Numbered from the whole stretch's first letter, positions 13,340 through 26,666 are shown. The stretch: DNA of 61,067 nucleotides, filler included, from Basidiobolus ranarum (GCA_040143965.1; 14 parts of 14 records of this genome joined end to end with filler, not necessarily neighbours in it), one strand, 5' to 3'. Program-made: numbers and translations. The notes: a model not told the origin generated them from the letters alone.

Positions 13340-14940
13340 GGCCAAGTTTGCATGCTCAGAATGCAATCTGTTGATATATAGCCTGCGTAAGTTTTGAGCT
13401 TAGATCCCAGTAGCTAATTTAGTAATATTCTGAGTGGTGATAGTGCATCCAGCCTTGCTGAACATAAAATTTAGTCCTTGAGTTGTTGCCTGGATTACTG
13501 AGAGTAGATTCTGGGCTATATTTAGTACATGGAGTACATCATCTAATTTGGCAGATGGTGTAGTTGAATACTGGGCAAAATGAAGCACAACTCTGGCCTG
13601 ACCAACTGCATCTAGTGCATAGTCATCACCTAAGTACACTCTCCGTGTTCAGACAGGTTTTAAGCCGGAAAACCAAGCTTGCTGGTTTGACATATATTGG
13701 GAAGCTCCTGAATTGATTGACCATGTTTCTGGGTCCTCTTTAGTGGTTACTGATAGGGCAGACCCAAATAGATGATCCCTATCAGTGCTTACTTGATTAG
13801 ACTGTTCCTGTTTTAGCTTGTGGCCAATATCATTTTTCTCCAATCTTTGATTAAGAGGCCTGGCTTTGTGCAATACTTGCCAATGATTGATTTCCCATTG
13901 GGAGCACCATTATTGAAGCCTGTTGGACATTGTACAGCTACAAAAAATGCCCAAACTGCATTATTTTGCTGACAATTAGATCTTCTTAATTCCTCATTCA
14001 AAAGCCTGGCACCAACATATTCCATTATTGCTGGCTCTGATCTTGCTGGCAGGGTAATTATGAGGTTCCCATATTTGTCTGGCAGGCTCCCAAGTAGCAT
14101 CATGACTAAGTCATCTTCACTCAGAGGTGCTCCAATGGATGAGAGCTGATCTGCCTTAGTTTCCATCCAATTTATATAATGAAGCTTAGATTCATACAAA
14201 TTAATCTGAATTGAGAACAATTTTTACTTATGATATAGCCAATTAACCAGACTTTTAGTCTCATATAGTGCTTCAAGTGTTTCCCGACCAGTTTGGAAAC
14301 TTTTAGCTGAGTGTATGGGCCTCAATTGAGATTATCTGAGATATAGACAAAGTGTAGAGTGTACTTTTGTCAGCTTCTTATGAAAGACAAGGATAGCTTC
14401 TGGTGGATCCTTTGGCTCTATTTAGTCCCCAGTAACAAATCCCCAAAGGTCTTTGTCTTCTGGCACCATTTACATCTGGAATTTTGAAAGCTGAAAGTCT
14501 TTGCCATCAAACTTCTCTGTTGAAGCAAAAACATTGGTAATAGTACTGGTAGACATTGCATTAACAACTACCTTGGGGCTAATAAAACGATAAAAGTGTT
14601 TACAGGATTTGAAAGTGTTTTGGACAAGAATTTAATTTTGTGACTTAGACACTTAAGTTTTATTGAATTGAATATGTTGTATTTATAGTTTACTACAAAA
14701 TAGAACTATTGGATGTGGTATGATCATAATAAACATGCCTGTCAAGCAGGGGTTCAACCTGGAGGTGATATGGTGAAAATTTGAGAAAATGATGAAAATT
14801 GATAACAGTGATCTAATTGATAGAAATATCAATTAGAGCAATAAACACACATATTGGAATGACAGAATTGAGTGCTAAATAGTCAGTATAAGAATAAACT
14901 AACTACTCAACAATGAGTTGCTATTTCCCTCATTTCAACT
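13340..14940 (-). mobile_element. Degenerate Ty1/copia 5' part: LTR family B (14588-14940), degenerate PBS, gag-protease
   Basis: Gag MSTSTITNVFASTEKFDGKDFQL..KDLW from 14556, LLGSLPDKY, zinc-knuckle remnant, protease WSINSGASQYM, LDDVLHVLNIAQNLLSV. PBS-like TTATTAGCCCC next to the LTR. Confidence 0.88.
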
Positions 14941-14949
14941 GGCAACAAT

Positions 14950-15890
14950 AATTAATTGGAGTAATTCACACAATTACAGTCTGTTGTGAGCCTCAGAATC
15001 TTTGGTGCTGTAGTACAACCAAAGTTCTCAACCACCATGAAGCAAGTTGCTTATTAATTCTTGCCAGTTTTGATTTTGTGATTACATATCAATCATGTAG
15101 CCAGCAAGGAAAACCTGATGCCTTGTCAAGGAGAGCCGAATATCAGCCTAGAGTATGGGACCAGGCATTTGGCCAACAAAATACTTCTCTACTGAAGCCC
15201 CACCAACTTCCAATTAGTGCAACTGCTCTTTTTTGCTTAGTTCAAGCAAGTTCCATGAAGACATCCTCAAACTTCAATCTGAAGCCACATTGGTAGTACC
15301 ATTGAAGAAAGCCCAGGACACACCCAAAGGCCCCTCAAGCTCGAACATGTACCACCACTTCCTCATCATAAATGAACTCTTGTTCTATAAGAAGCACCGT
15401 TGCATCCCAGACCACACTTTAGACTCAAAATCATGCAGGAGAGACATGAGTCATCACTTGCAAGACACTTTGGTGTTGCCAATTCATGTATCTTGGCATC
15501 CAAGGATTGTTGGGGGCCAAAAATGTTGGGCGTATATCAAGATATATATTTCCACCTGTGATACTTGTGCTTTAGTAAAGACTACAAGGCATCAGCCCTA
15601 CGGCCTCTTGCAGCCACTTCCAATCCCTGATCAGAAGTCAAAATTCACATCCTAGAATTTCATCACTGACCTACCCTCATCTGCCAAATGAAATGTAATT
15701 CTGTTATTTGATGATTGTTCAACAAAGATGGCCCACTTTGTGACATGCAACAAGTCAATTGATGCAAAGCAAATAGTGGAATTGCAACAAGTCCATTGAT
15801 ACAAAGCAAACAGCAGAATATATAACTCAATATATCTTCTATCTACATGCAGTCTCTGAATCTATCATCCCTGACCAATAATCTCAATTG
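14950..15890 (+). mobile_element. Degenerate Ty3/gypsy pol fragment (RNase H end, integrase)
   Basis: QQGKPDALSRR, integrase zinc-finger YISTCDTC, HQPYGLLQPLPIP, KMAHFVTCNKSIDAK; frameshifts and stops throughout. Confidence 0.88.
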
Positions 15891-15899
15891 GCTTGTTAA

Positions 15900-17413
15900 C
15901 TCCTTCTGCTAGGCCATCAGATTGGGAATGGAAGGCAGGATGGAGATTAGTAAAGATACCCAAGGTTTAAAGAAGACATTTCCAGAATTTGGATATAAAC
16001 TGAGATTCTTGGTTAGAGATAATAGTTTCAGGAAGTGCATGTAGGCAAAAGATATTTTGAGTTATAAATTCTGCTGTTTGCTTTGTATCAATGGACTTGT
16101 TGCAAGGCGCCAAGTGGGCCATCTTTGTTAGATGGTCAACAATTACCAAAATTGGATCAAATTTGGCAGCCTAGGGTAGGTACATGATGAAATCTACAGT
16201 TATGGATTTCCACTGCTGATCAGAGATTGGAAGTGGCTGTAGGAGGCTATAGGGCTGATGTCTTGGAGTCTCTGCTTGAGCACAAATATCACATGTGGAA
16301 ATATAAATCTTGACAAATGCAAACCTCTTGGGCCACCAATAGTCCCTGGAAGCCAACATATAAAATTTGGCAATACTAAAGTGTCCTGCAAGTGATGAGT
16401 CATGCCTTTTCTGCATGTTTTTAAGTCTGGAAGTGTTATCTGGAATCAAGAGTTGCTTCTTAAAATAAAGATATCATTGATGATGGAGAAATGGTGGTAC
16501 ATGAACAAGCTGGCAAGGTCTTTGGATGTATCCAGGGCTTTCTTGTTTGATATTATCAATGGGTCTTCATATTGAAATTTGTGTATGTCTTTGTGGAATG
16601 TGTTTGAACCAGGCAGAAAAAGAGCAATTGCACTAATTTGAAGTTGGTGGGGCTTTGGTAGGGAAGTATATTACTGGCCAAAGGGCTTATTCCCTTCTTT
16701 AGGCTGATATTTTGTTCTATGCAACAAGGCATCAGGTTTTCCTTGCTGCCTACTTGCTCAATAAAAAACAACAAAATTAAAAGTGGCAAGAAATAATGAC
16801 CATCTAGCTTGACAGTGCTTGAAATCTGTGGTTACTCTAAAATAATGAAGACACATATGATAACAACAGACAGCAATTATGTGATTAGCTCCATCCAAGT
16901 ATTGTTTCCATGATTGATATGCTGCAATAATTGCTAACAGTTCCTTGTCATAAGTGTCATAGTTGATTTCTGTTGCAGAGAACTGTCTTGAGTAGAAGGC
17001 AACATGATGAGGTAAGTTGTCATCACTCTACTGTGATAGTACGGCTCCTAGAGCAAAGTCAAATGCATCAGTTTCAACCATGATTGGCTTGTCCAGTTTG
17101 GGGTGTACCAGAATTAGTGCTGAGGTAAAAGCATTCTTTAAAGTTACAAATGCTTCTTGGCAAGATATGTTCCAGTCAAATATAAGTTCTTTCTTGGAAA
17201 GGTTTGCTAATGGGGCTGACATTTTGGAGTAGTTCTGGACAAACCATTGGTAAGAACTTTCAAGTCCAAGGAACAATTGAACATCCTTCACATTCTTGGG
17301 AGTAACCCCAGACAGAACAGATTCAACCATTGTAGGGTCCATGGGGATGGCTGATGTAATAATGTTATATCCAAGGAATTCAACTTGAGCTTGATGAAAT
17401 TCACATTTCTCAA
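15900..17413 (-). mobile_element. Degenerate Ty3/gypsy pol fragment (RT end, RNase H, integrase), inverted relative to 14950-15890
   Basis: VKDVQLFLG, VETDAFDFALGAVLSQ, HDSSLAGHF..DYWWP..CDICAQ, QWKSITVDFI, VIVDHLTKMAHLAPC. Confidence 0.9.
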
Positions 17414-18128
17414 NNNNNNNNNNNNNNNNNNNNNNNNNNNNNNNNNNNNNNNNNNNNTTAATTAATTAANNNNNNNNNNNNNNNNNNNNNNNNNNNNNNN
17501 NNNNNNNNNNNNNGAAGAAACAGCCTTTCTGATTCAAAATCTAAAACAAGATATTTATATGGATCAAACAGATGGTTTTGTCAACCCAAAACACTCTAAT
17601 ATGGCTTTAAACTGCATAAGTTGCTATAAAAACTCTAGCAAGTATCTAGGGCATGGTGCAACAAGTTGGATGCCTATTTGGAATCACTGGTGCTATAAAA
17701 GTGCACAGCAGATTGCAGTATTTATATCAAAACACCTGGTAATAGGATTCTTATCTTTGCACTGTATGTGGATGACTTTAGCATAGCTACATATGATCTA
17801 CTAGCACTTAATCTGACAAGAAGCTGCTTAGCAAACAATTTCTGATGACTGATGTGGGTGAATTAAGTTGTTTCATTGAAATCCAAATCAAAAGAGATAA
17901 ACCCAACCAGACACTCATGCTGTTTCAGTCTAGACATATCCCACACATCCTAGAATGCTGCATCATGGAGAATAGCAAGCCTGTATCAACACCAATAGAT
18001 CCCAACATTAAATTAATATCAAATTATTCAGATTGGATCATATTGACTCATATCAAAGCTAGGAGTTCCCTTATCAATCCATGTTGGGGAGTTTAATGTA
18101 TTCAGTGGGTGGAGCATGTCCAGACATT

Positions 18129-18308
18129 GGACTTGTTCCATTGTGCCATGATTAATTGGACCTTGGATCAATCTATTAGAGTAAAAATGATTGAATTTGA
18201 TCATGCCAGAGGGAGATGGATAGTGCCAAATTGTGGTGCATTAATTTTAGAATACTATCCTATATGATATATACAGCACAATCTAGCACTATCACAGAGA
18301 ACAAGTCC
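18129..18308. mobile_element. 180-bp MITE, GGACTTGTTCCA family
   Basis: TIRs GGACTTGTTC ... GAACAAGTCC with ATT on both sides. Removing it restores copia RT PDI/AATVGTVSQY. Confidence 0.92.
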
Positions 18309-18385
18309 ATTGCTGCAACAGTGGGAACTGTGAGCCAATATTCCAAAAGTCCAGGATCTGAGCACAAAACTGTGGTATGACAAAT

Positions 18386-18567
18386 GGACTTGTTCCATTG
18401 TGCCAGGATTTATCAGACCTTGAATCAATAAATTAGAGTAAATGTGATTGAAATTGATCATGCCAGAGGGTGATGGATAGTGCCAAATTGTGCTGCATAA
18501 AGTTTAGAATACTTGATCCAAGATGATATATACAGCACAATCTGGCACTATCACAGAGAACAAGTCC
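18386..18567. mobile_element. 182-bp MITE, GGACTTGTTCCA family
   Basis: Same TIRs, flanks AAT/ACT (TSD with one mismatch). Removing it plus 3 bp restores copia QIFRYLRGT. Confidence 0.9.
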
Positions 18568-19967
18568 ACTATTCAGGTATTTGAGAGGAACTGTAGAACT
18601 ACTTCTGGAATACTCCGGCACTCCTGATGCCCAAAATTTTGAAGGCTATAGTGATGCAGACTGGGAAAGAAGCCTTGCGTATAAAAGAGCAACAACTGGG
18701 TACATTTTTCTTTATGGCAATGGAGCTATTACTTGGACTAGTAAGCTGCAACCAACTATACCTCTTTCCACTACAGAAGCAGAGTAAATGGCTGCCTCTG
18801 CTACTATACAAGAAGCTATGTGGTTAAGAAAGTTATTTACTGACTTAGGATACATGCAAAAAGTGCTATTACTGTATTTGCAGGTAATAAAAGCTGAATT
18901 TCATCAGCTAAAAACCTTACATTTCACACTAGAACAAAACCTACAGATATTAGGCATCATTTTATTAGAGAAGCAATTGAGAGAAGATAATTGAACTTGT
19001 CTATTACACTACTGAAGAAATAATTGTTAACATCTTAACCATACCTTCAGCTAAAGCACAATTTGAATTATAAAGATAAAATTTACATATGAGAAAAACT
19101 CAAAATAGTTGGTTGCAAAGGAATGTTGAAGTTGGTAAGTAGAATCTAGTTATTTAGTGGTAGTTTATTCATATTCTGACTATTTAACACCCAATCATCC
19201 CATTTAAAGATTTGTGCTTATTGTTCTAATTGATATTTCTATCAATTAGAGCCCTTTTATCAATTTGCAGTATGTTCTCAAAGCCTCTCCAAATCATCTC
19301 ATAATTTCACACATACTTAACAGGCATCTTTGTTATGCTCTGAGCACATTCAATAGTCCTATTTTGTAGTAAACTATATATAGGAATTACTCAATTCAAC
19401 AAAACTCAAGTGACTAATTAACAAAAACCAAATCCTGTCCTTCACACTTCCATATCCCACAGACACTTTTATCAATAATTTTGATTCAAAAATTAGTTTG
19501 TTCCTAGAATTGGTGAAAATTTAATAAACCATGCCAAATATGAAGTTCAAAAATTTCCTTTGCATGAATATTGTCAAAGACCATTAAGAAGCTGCTGTCT
19601 CACCAATAAAATCCCTAGCAGAATGCAGCCCACCAATATTGTGTTGGCTCTGCTAACTTTGCAATCCAGAAGAGTGGATCTAATCTAAAGTTTGATCAAG
19701 CATAATGCACTCCACATTAAGCCGTTTCAATATGAATGCATAACAAATGACTCAGATTAACCTATGATTAACTTTGTTGATGCAGTTTGTTAAATGATTT
19801 CTATACAATTACTCATAAATGAATGATTAGGATATTTAGTGCAAACAAAAGTTTTATTTTACAAAATGTAGGGATTTACCATCATATTTGAAATTCTTAG
19901 ATGAATATCTTACACAAGCTGGATTCATCTCTATTGTGCCAGCCCAATCCAAGATTAGTATCATGGT

Positions 19968-21520
19968 TGATAGCAGTGCTTTGTGGATTTGGAGGTGTTT
20001 TGGACAAGATTTGAATTTGTGACTTACACACTTAAGTTTTATTGAAGTGAATATGTCCAACTTATAATTCACTATGAAATAGGACTACTGGACTTGATTA
20101 GGTCATAACAAACATGGCTGTTAAGCATGTGTGAAAATTTGAAGTGATTTGGAGAAGTTTTGAGAAAATAGTTAAAAGTGGTAAAAGTGATCTAATCAAT
20201 ATTTCTATCAACTTGAGCAATGAACACAAGCTTTTTGATGGCAGAATTTATAGCTAAATAGGCAGAATATGAATAAAATAACTATTAAATAATGGGTTGC
20301 TGTTTACCTAATTCAACATTCTCAGTGAACAAATTATATTGAATACCACTTGAACCTAACTTTTATCTTGATAATTTATATTGTGCATTAGCTAAATATT
20401 TGGTCAAGAACTGAGCATCATTTCTTCAGTAGGGCAATAGACAAGTTCAATTATATCATTCTAAGTTGCTTCTCTAACAATATGAAGCCTAATATATATA
20501 CATTTTGCTCAAGCATGAAATGTAGGGCTTTTACCTAATGAAGTTTGACTTTGATTATCTTCAAATACAGTAATAGCACAACTTCACATGTATTTCAAGT
20601 CTGTGAATAACTTTTGTGACCACCTAGCTTCTTATGCAGTTGCAGAGGCAGCCATTTACTCTGCTTCTGTAATAGAAAAAACTATGTTTGGTTACTTCTT
20701 AATATACCTAGCTATGGCTCAATTATCATAGAGAAAAGTGTACCCAGTTGTTGATCTTTTATAATCAACCTTTCTTCCACAATCTGCATCACTGTAACCT
20801 TCAAATTATTTTGCATCAGGAGTGCAAGAGTTTTCTATGGCTATATTTACAATTCCTCTCAAGTACCTGACTATTCCTTCTACTGCAGTTTTGTGCTTGG
20901 CTCTGGGACTTTTGAGATATTGGCTGATGGTTCCCACTGCCCCAGCAATATCTGATGTGTTACAACCACTACATATATCAAACTAACCACCATGTATTGA
21001 TAAGGGAACTGCTGGCTTTAATATGAGCTACTTTGGCCAAATTGAGCAATATTTTGATTGATTTCACATTTGGATTATTTGGTGTTGATGCAGGCTTGCT
21101 TCTCTCCATGTTGAAGCATTTTAGAATGCCTAGGATGTATTTACACTGATCCAGCATGATTTTTTAATGCGCTTATCTCTGTTGATTGGATTTCAAAGAA
21201 TTAACATAATTCACCCATATCAGTCATCAGAAATTGATTTGATAAGCTGTTTTTGTCTGATTAAGTGCTTTTATATCATTTGTGGCTGTGATCAAGTCAT
21301 CCACATATAGGCCAATTACAAGGATCCTGTTTCTGGTTGCTTGATATATACTCTTTGAACTGCTATACATCTTTAGAATTCCAGTAATTCCAAAGCGGTA
21401 ACTATCTTGTTGTGACATGCCATGGATGTTTTCTTGAGTTCATAAGGTCATTTGTATAGCTTACATGCCATATCAGGGTGTTTTGTGGCAACAAATCCAT
21501 ATGGTTGCTCCATATATATC
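19968..21520 (-). mobile_element. Degenerate Ty1/copia RT-RNase H plus 3' LTR family B (19968-20318)
   Basis: IYMEQPYGFV..CKL, VIGLYVDDL, EGYSDAD, SITEAE on the minus strand. The LTR is the reverse complement of 19124-19474. Confidence 0.88.
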
Positions 21521-21786
21521 CCACATCCAGGGAGACACCATGACAAAAGGCTTTGGGTTGAGAGGCATGCACCATTTGTAAGATATGAGAAGACTATGGC
21601 TGATTTGGCATATGTTGGGGAAGAATGCAGAAGGCTAGGATGTGTCACTGCTAACAAGAGGCCCAGAGGAGGGATACTCACAGAGAGGCAAAAGCTTTAT
21701 AATGACATTTTTTCCCATTTTAGAGCAAGAGTAGAACATAGCTTTGGTTTCCTAAAGAGATATAGCATTGTAGCAGGAAAGTATAG
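21521..21786 (+). mobile_element. DDE_Tnp_4 (IS5/PIF-Harbinger-like) transposase C-terminal fragment
   Basis: PGRHHD..MADLAYVG..KRPRGGILTERQKLYNDIFSHFRARVEHSFGFLK. Near-identical to the reverse complement of ~60270-60535. Confidence 0.85.
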
Positions 21787-22069
21787 NNNNNNNNNNNNNN
21801 NNNNNNNNNNNNNNNNNNNNNNNNNNNNNNTTAATTAATTAANNNNNNNNNNNNNNNNNNNNNNNNNNNNNNNNNNNNNNNNNNNNATAAGGTAATCTGG
21901 ATGAACTGACACCAGATTGCCGAGAAGGGATGGCACAGTAGATATGATGTCATAATCTAATAATAGAAGAGTTCCATATGCAGTGGATCAGTATGCCGAG
22001 ATCAGAATCATGACAGGTATAGAGCAGAGAGTTGACAGTTATACTTTTTCCATGATTCAAGCAAACATA

Positions 22070-22289
22070 CATGTCAAATGTATTAAGAAAGGCCCAAGGA
22101 ACATGTGTGCAAAGTGTGGGGCTTCTAGCACTAGTTTGAAAAAATCTATATATCTGAGAACTTCTAAGTTGGTAAAAATATTCTGAGTAAATTCCAATTG
22201 AGAATAAAGGGTAATGGCTCAGTCAAATAGAAGTAACTAAGTACTAAGCTATATGTTACTATACAGGTGCTAAGGCAATGTTAATTTCA
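22070..22289 (-). repeat. Partial copia LTR, family A
   Basis: Reverse complement matches the 47740-47991 LTR (GAAATTAACATTGCCTTAGCACC..., CCCCACACTTTGCACACATG). Confidence 0.8.
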
Positions 22290-22292
22290 GGA

Positions 22293-23300
22293 AAACACAT
22301 ACTGATAATGGTGGAGATTATATTTTTACATCATTTAATAACTTTAGCAAAGTTCATGGAATTAAGCAAGAAACTACTGCCCTCATTCACCTCAACAAAA
22401 TAAAGTTGCTAAAAGAGCTAACAGAACTAATTAGAAATGGCAAGACCTATGATGAAAGCACAAAATTTATCTCATATTTTTTGGGTCAAATCATTTGCTA
22501 CAGCTATACTTGTTAAGAATAGAAGCTTTACTAGAGGTCTGTCTAACTCTACAACATATCAAGCTTGGTTAGGAATCAAACCTGATGTAAAACATTTGAG
22601 GATCTTTGGATGCATTGCTTGCGTCAAAATTATGACCATAAATTGGTCTAAATTTGATCCAAAAAGTAAGAAATGCATATTTCTGGGTTATTGTATGCAA
22701 ACTAAGGCCTACAGACTCTATGATACCCAAATTTGAAAGTTGATTAAGTTTAGCAATGGTTTGCTCAACAAAAATGAAATACATTCACCCTATTTGACCT
22801 CAGATGATGACAAAGATCAATTTTCTCCTGATCCCATTAATCAAATTAATTAAAACCCAACAATGAAGAAAATAGCATTGCTGTGGACCCTTCAACCAGA
22901 ATTCTGCCTACTGAAGTGCCCAACACAATGCCAGAGACTGTAGTACCTTCATCCCAAATCAGGATATCAAATTGAATCAGAAATAGCCCTGATTATTATA
23001 TTAAAAGTCCCCAAATTGGACCTATGTCTGCACAGCTCAGATTCAGGAGCCCCAGACTGTGAAAGAGGCCTTGAATGGCCTTCACACAAGATTTTGGAGA
23101 CTTGCAATGGCTAATGAGTACTAGGCTTTGATTGATAACCAAACTTGGATTTTAACCAAATTACCTGATGATAGAAAATCAAGTGGCTGCCAATGGGTGT
23201 TTAAGGTCAAATACAACTCTGATGGCAATATAGAAAGGTACAAGGCTAGACTAGTGGCCAAAGGCTATTCCCAAACACCATGAATAGATTATACATAAAC
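22293..23300 (+). mobile_element. Degenerate Ty1/copia integrase core to RT start
   Basis: TDNGGDY, SPQQN..AKRANRT, KPDVKHLRIFGC, SKFDPKSKKCIFLGY..KAYRLYD, WVFKVKYNSDGNIERYKARLVAKGYSQ. Confidence 0.92.
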
Positions 23301-23552
23301 TTCTAAACAAGAATAAAAGTCAATAGGTAATGTTTGACCAAAATATGAGTTACACTTTTCAAATGTTGATTAATCCTGAGCTGAAAGTTATTGTAGCCAA
23401 AAATAAGAAACTACTTTGTGAGATCTGAATATTTCATTTTGTCAAGTAAGCAACATATATTAAACTAAATTGGGCTTGCCAATTTTATGATGGTATTTAG
23501 ATGGTTTGACTAAGAGGTTAAATCTATGTAAATTAACAAGGGTAACAAAACA

Positions 23553-23683
23553 TACTTGTTATATAGATATAGACATATTCCTGATTAATATACAAGGACT
23601 ATATGTACATTACTTTCTGTCTCTTGCATATGTCTCATAACTAAAGTAACCTAAGATGTTGAATACAGATTAATTATCCAACA
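23553..23683 (-). repeat. Copia LTR family C fragment
   Basis: Aligns with 1051-1181 (TACTTGTTATATAGATAT...AATTATC(C/A)AACA). Confidence 0.7.
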
Positions 23684-24149
23684 AATTCTCAAATATTGGT
23701 TAGGATATCTGTGACACCAGCATCTATAGTTTCTACTCCTTTCTCTGTTATTTGGTTACTATTGTGTATTGCCTGTACTGCTATATTCACATGAATTCTG
23801 GCACATGATGCAATCTCATTATTTTTTTTGTCAACATTAACTGGAGTGTATCAGCCTATGGCAGTGGTGCAGGAACATCATTGATTTTAGAGTATGTATG
23901 AGTGAGTTTGTGAAATTCAGAAATGTACCAGATACTTCTCTATTATCCATATAAGATAATCTCTTTTTGATGTCTTTGGCCTGGAGGAAGGTGGTTTTCA
24001 TGTCAGTACTAATAGAGTTTAAGTTTTCAATGATTGCACAGAGGCTAATAGTCTCTTTTCAGCATTCTGGCATCTATTTACCATCAAGTGGCTCTAAAAT
24101 ACTTTACTACCTTCCAACTTGAGCACATCACATTGATAAAAATTTTCTA

Positions 24150-24620
24150 TCACCCATGTTTCCACCACAGCCTTATGAGGAGTTTGTGAGAGGTTTTGAG
24201 AGATTATTTTATAGGCATCATAGGGAACAAATCAAACTCTGCCAATACTCTCTTCTTTCTTTGCTACATTTCTTACAGTGTTTGGAGGTTATGGAACCTC
24301 ACTTTACTTTGCAGGAGTTTCCTTTTGAATGCATGGGTGAAGAAATACTACATAAAGCCAAATCCTTTGTGCTTCAATATGCCATGGTAATCAAGACTGT
24401 TTCAGCCAAGTCCTTCATAGACACAATCCAGTCAAACACTAAAGATACACAACACTGTAATGTAAAAACTGGCACATGTGGTTGTGCTCATAGACTAGCA
24501 TTTGTGCAGGACAATACAGAAAGAGCTTTCATAGACCCATAAAAAATGAGTGCCACTTAAGCTTACTATTAGTTATGATTTTTTGCAAGATCCAACACCA
24601 ATTTGGCTTTAGAGTAAATA
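24150..24620 (+). mobile_element. CACTA (Tnp2-like) transposase C-terminal remnant
   Basis: FVRGFERLFY..KLCQYSLLSLLHFLQCL..EFPFECMGEEI parallels the 58190-58360 and 42410-42580 translations. Confidence 0.7.
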
Positions 24621-26666
24621 GATCAATATATACATATGGTTTTCCCTGAATGGATTTTGATTGTAAAATTTTATACATTATATTAAATACTCCAACAATG
24701 GTACACAATGTTGGCCTTCTAGACGAATTTTAGTTTGCAAAAGGAAGTTCAGGCCAAGCTCTCAATAAATTGTTGCCCTCATAAATAAGTCAAGCACAAT
24801 AGGTGTATATGAGAACAGACTTTTCTTTGTAAGATGAACATGTTTCAAGTGGTATTAAATGTACAGAAACTTAACTGCAGTGAGTATTGGAAGAAAAAGC
24901 ATATAAAATATAGGACAAGTCTAAAAAGTCTATATATCCAAGAACTACAAAGTTGACCAAAATACTCCAAGTAAGTTCCAATTGAGATTTTGCAAGCCAT
25001 CCTGCCCTGCTTGACCTATCATCCATAATAGAGTAGCTTTGACTTGAATGCCCAATTTCCTCATTTTCCAAAGGTACTTTTCCTAAATCTGACCAAGCCT
25101 ACTTGACTTTTTCGCCTATAAACACTTTGCAGCAATACTAGCAGATGCAAAATATCTCACAAGTGCAATACTCAATCGGACATGCATGTTTTGATAAGTT
25201 TATTTCAATATCTATCTACAATCTTTTGATATTCTTGGACTTTTTATACCCCACAATGTTTATCTGTTGATAATGATAACCTTCATGATCACTCCCATGA
25301 CAACAATTAACTAACCCTGAATGCTAAACAATGATGAATTTTCCAGCAGCACTGCCCCAGCATTTCTTGATGACTTGATCATTACCTGACCTATAGCAGT
25401 CTGGGTAATAATAGAATCTACACTAGCGGCAGTTATAGATAGGACTAATGAGCAAAAAATAAAAGTAATAGCAACTTTCATGAGAAAATATCAATAAAAT
25501 ATAATTCAAACTTTGTTTATATATATCTCACTGATCACAAATAAGCATGAGTCAGTCTGCTACATTAGAAGTCTTGTCCATGGTCTTAGACCATTGGCCA
25601 TCTTTGAGTCAGTACCAAGGATGCAAGAAATCATGAATCTTACATGCATCTCTCTTTTAGAGTTGATTACATAATGAACCAAAATCAGTAGCCAGTTGGA
25701 GTAGCAACAATGAGCTGTAGTGGTAAGATGTTGCTTTGATATTTTTACACTGATTAATAAAAATAATTATATAGAGTGGAAATCTGATTGGTAAATTGGC
25801 AAAAGCATAATATCACCAAAGGCAATCACAATATATCCAAACTAACACTAAATTTATACATTGTTAAGCCTATTACTAGAATATATGGAGCCAGGTAGAG
25901 TGTTCCAAGTAGCTTGGTCTAAGAGAGGACAAACAGAGTGGGACAAGTTAGAAAGGTGTCTTTAGTTTGATGCCAGGTTGTCACAGATAGTGCTATAGTA
26001 GAAGAAGAGCAACAAAAAGAGAAGATGAGGAGGGTGGGATGCATATTTAAGAGAGAGAGTAAAGAAAGGAACATTTGTCCATAATCATGCATTTTTGAGA
26101 TATATTAATAGTGGGGATGAAAAGTATCAGGTGTTGCAAACCTTATTTAGCTTGATTATNNNNNNNNNNNNNNNNNNNNNNNNNNNNNNNNNNNNNNNNN
26201 NNNTTAATTAATTAANNNNNNNNNNNNNNNNNNNNNNNNNNNNNNNNNNNNNNNNNNNNGACTCGATACTAAATCACGTGATTCATAAGTTATTTTCACT
26301 CAAATTTTTTTATCTATTTTCGTGGATTTATCGCGATTTATGCACTAATACGACATTTATCGAGACTCATGCTATGTTGATGAAAAATCAAGTACACATT
26401 TCTTTTTTTATTTATACATATAATATTGAGATATTTCTTTTTTTCCATGAACTGTTTCCCTAAACAATAATAGTTTAGGGTTAGGGTTCAGGCTTCTTGA
26501 ATATTCCATGTTATAATGAAACACTTTGAACCATTTAACCATAATATACAATATAATCCAATAATTTTCAACACTACTGGAGTTAAACCATGTCCAGAGC
26601 AAAACTAACACAAGAAAGAACCGTTCCTCAACGGTTTAGATGAAATATCAAAGTAAATGAGGTATA

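Larger units (their letters stand above)
17514..19474 (+). mobile_element. Degenerate Ty1/copia RT-RNase H plus 3' LTR family B (19124-19474), carrying two MITE insertions
   Basis: YMDQTDGF, ALYVDD, MTDVGE, SKPVSTP, PDIAATVG, FEGYSDADW, LSTTEAE. The LTR starts TGTTGAAG after a purine-rich tract and ends TTTTATCA. Confidence 0.9.

Noticed and set aside
18129-18567. Repeat-spacer-repeat pattern resembling a CRISPR array
   Set aside because: The repeats are ~180-bp MITEs with TIRs and TSDs, and the spacer is copia RT sequence; no cas genes.
21448-21681. ORFs 21448-21681 and 21452-21838 as genes
   Set aside because: They span a copia/transposase junction and are chimeric reading frames.
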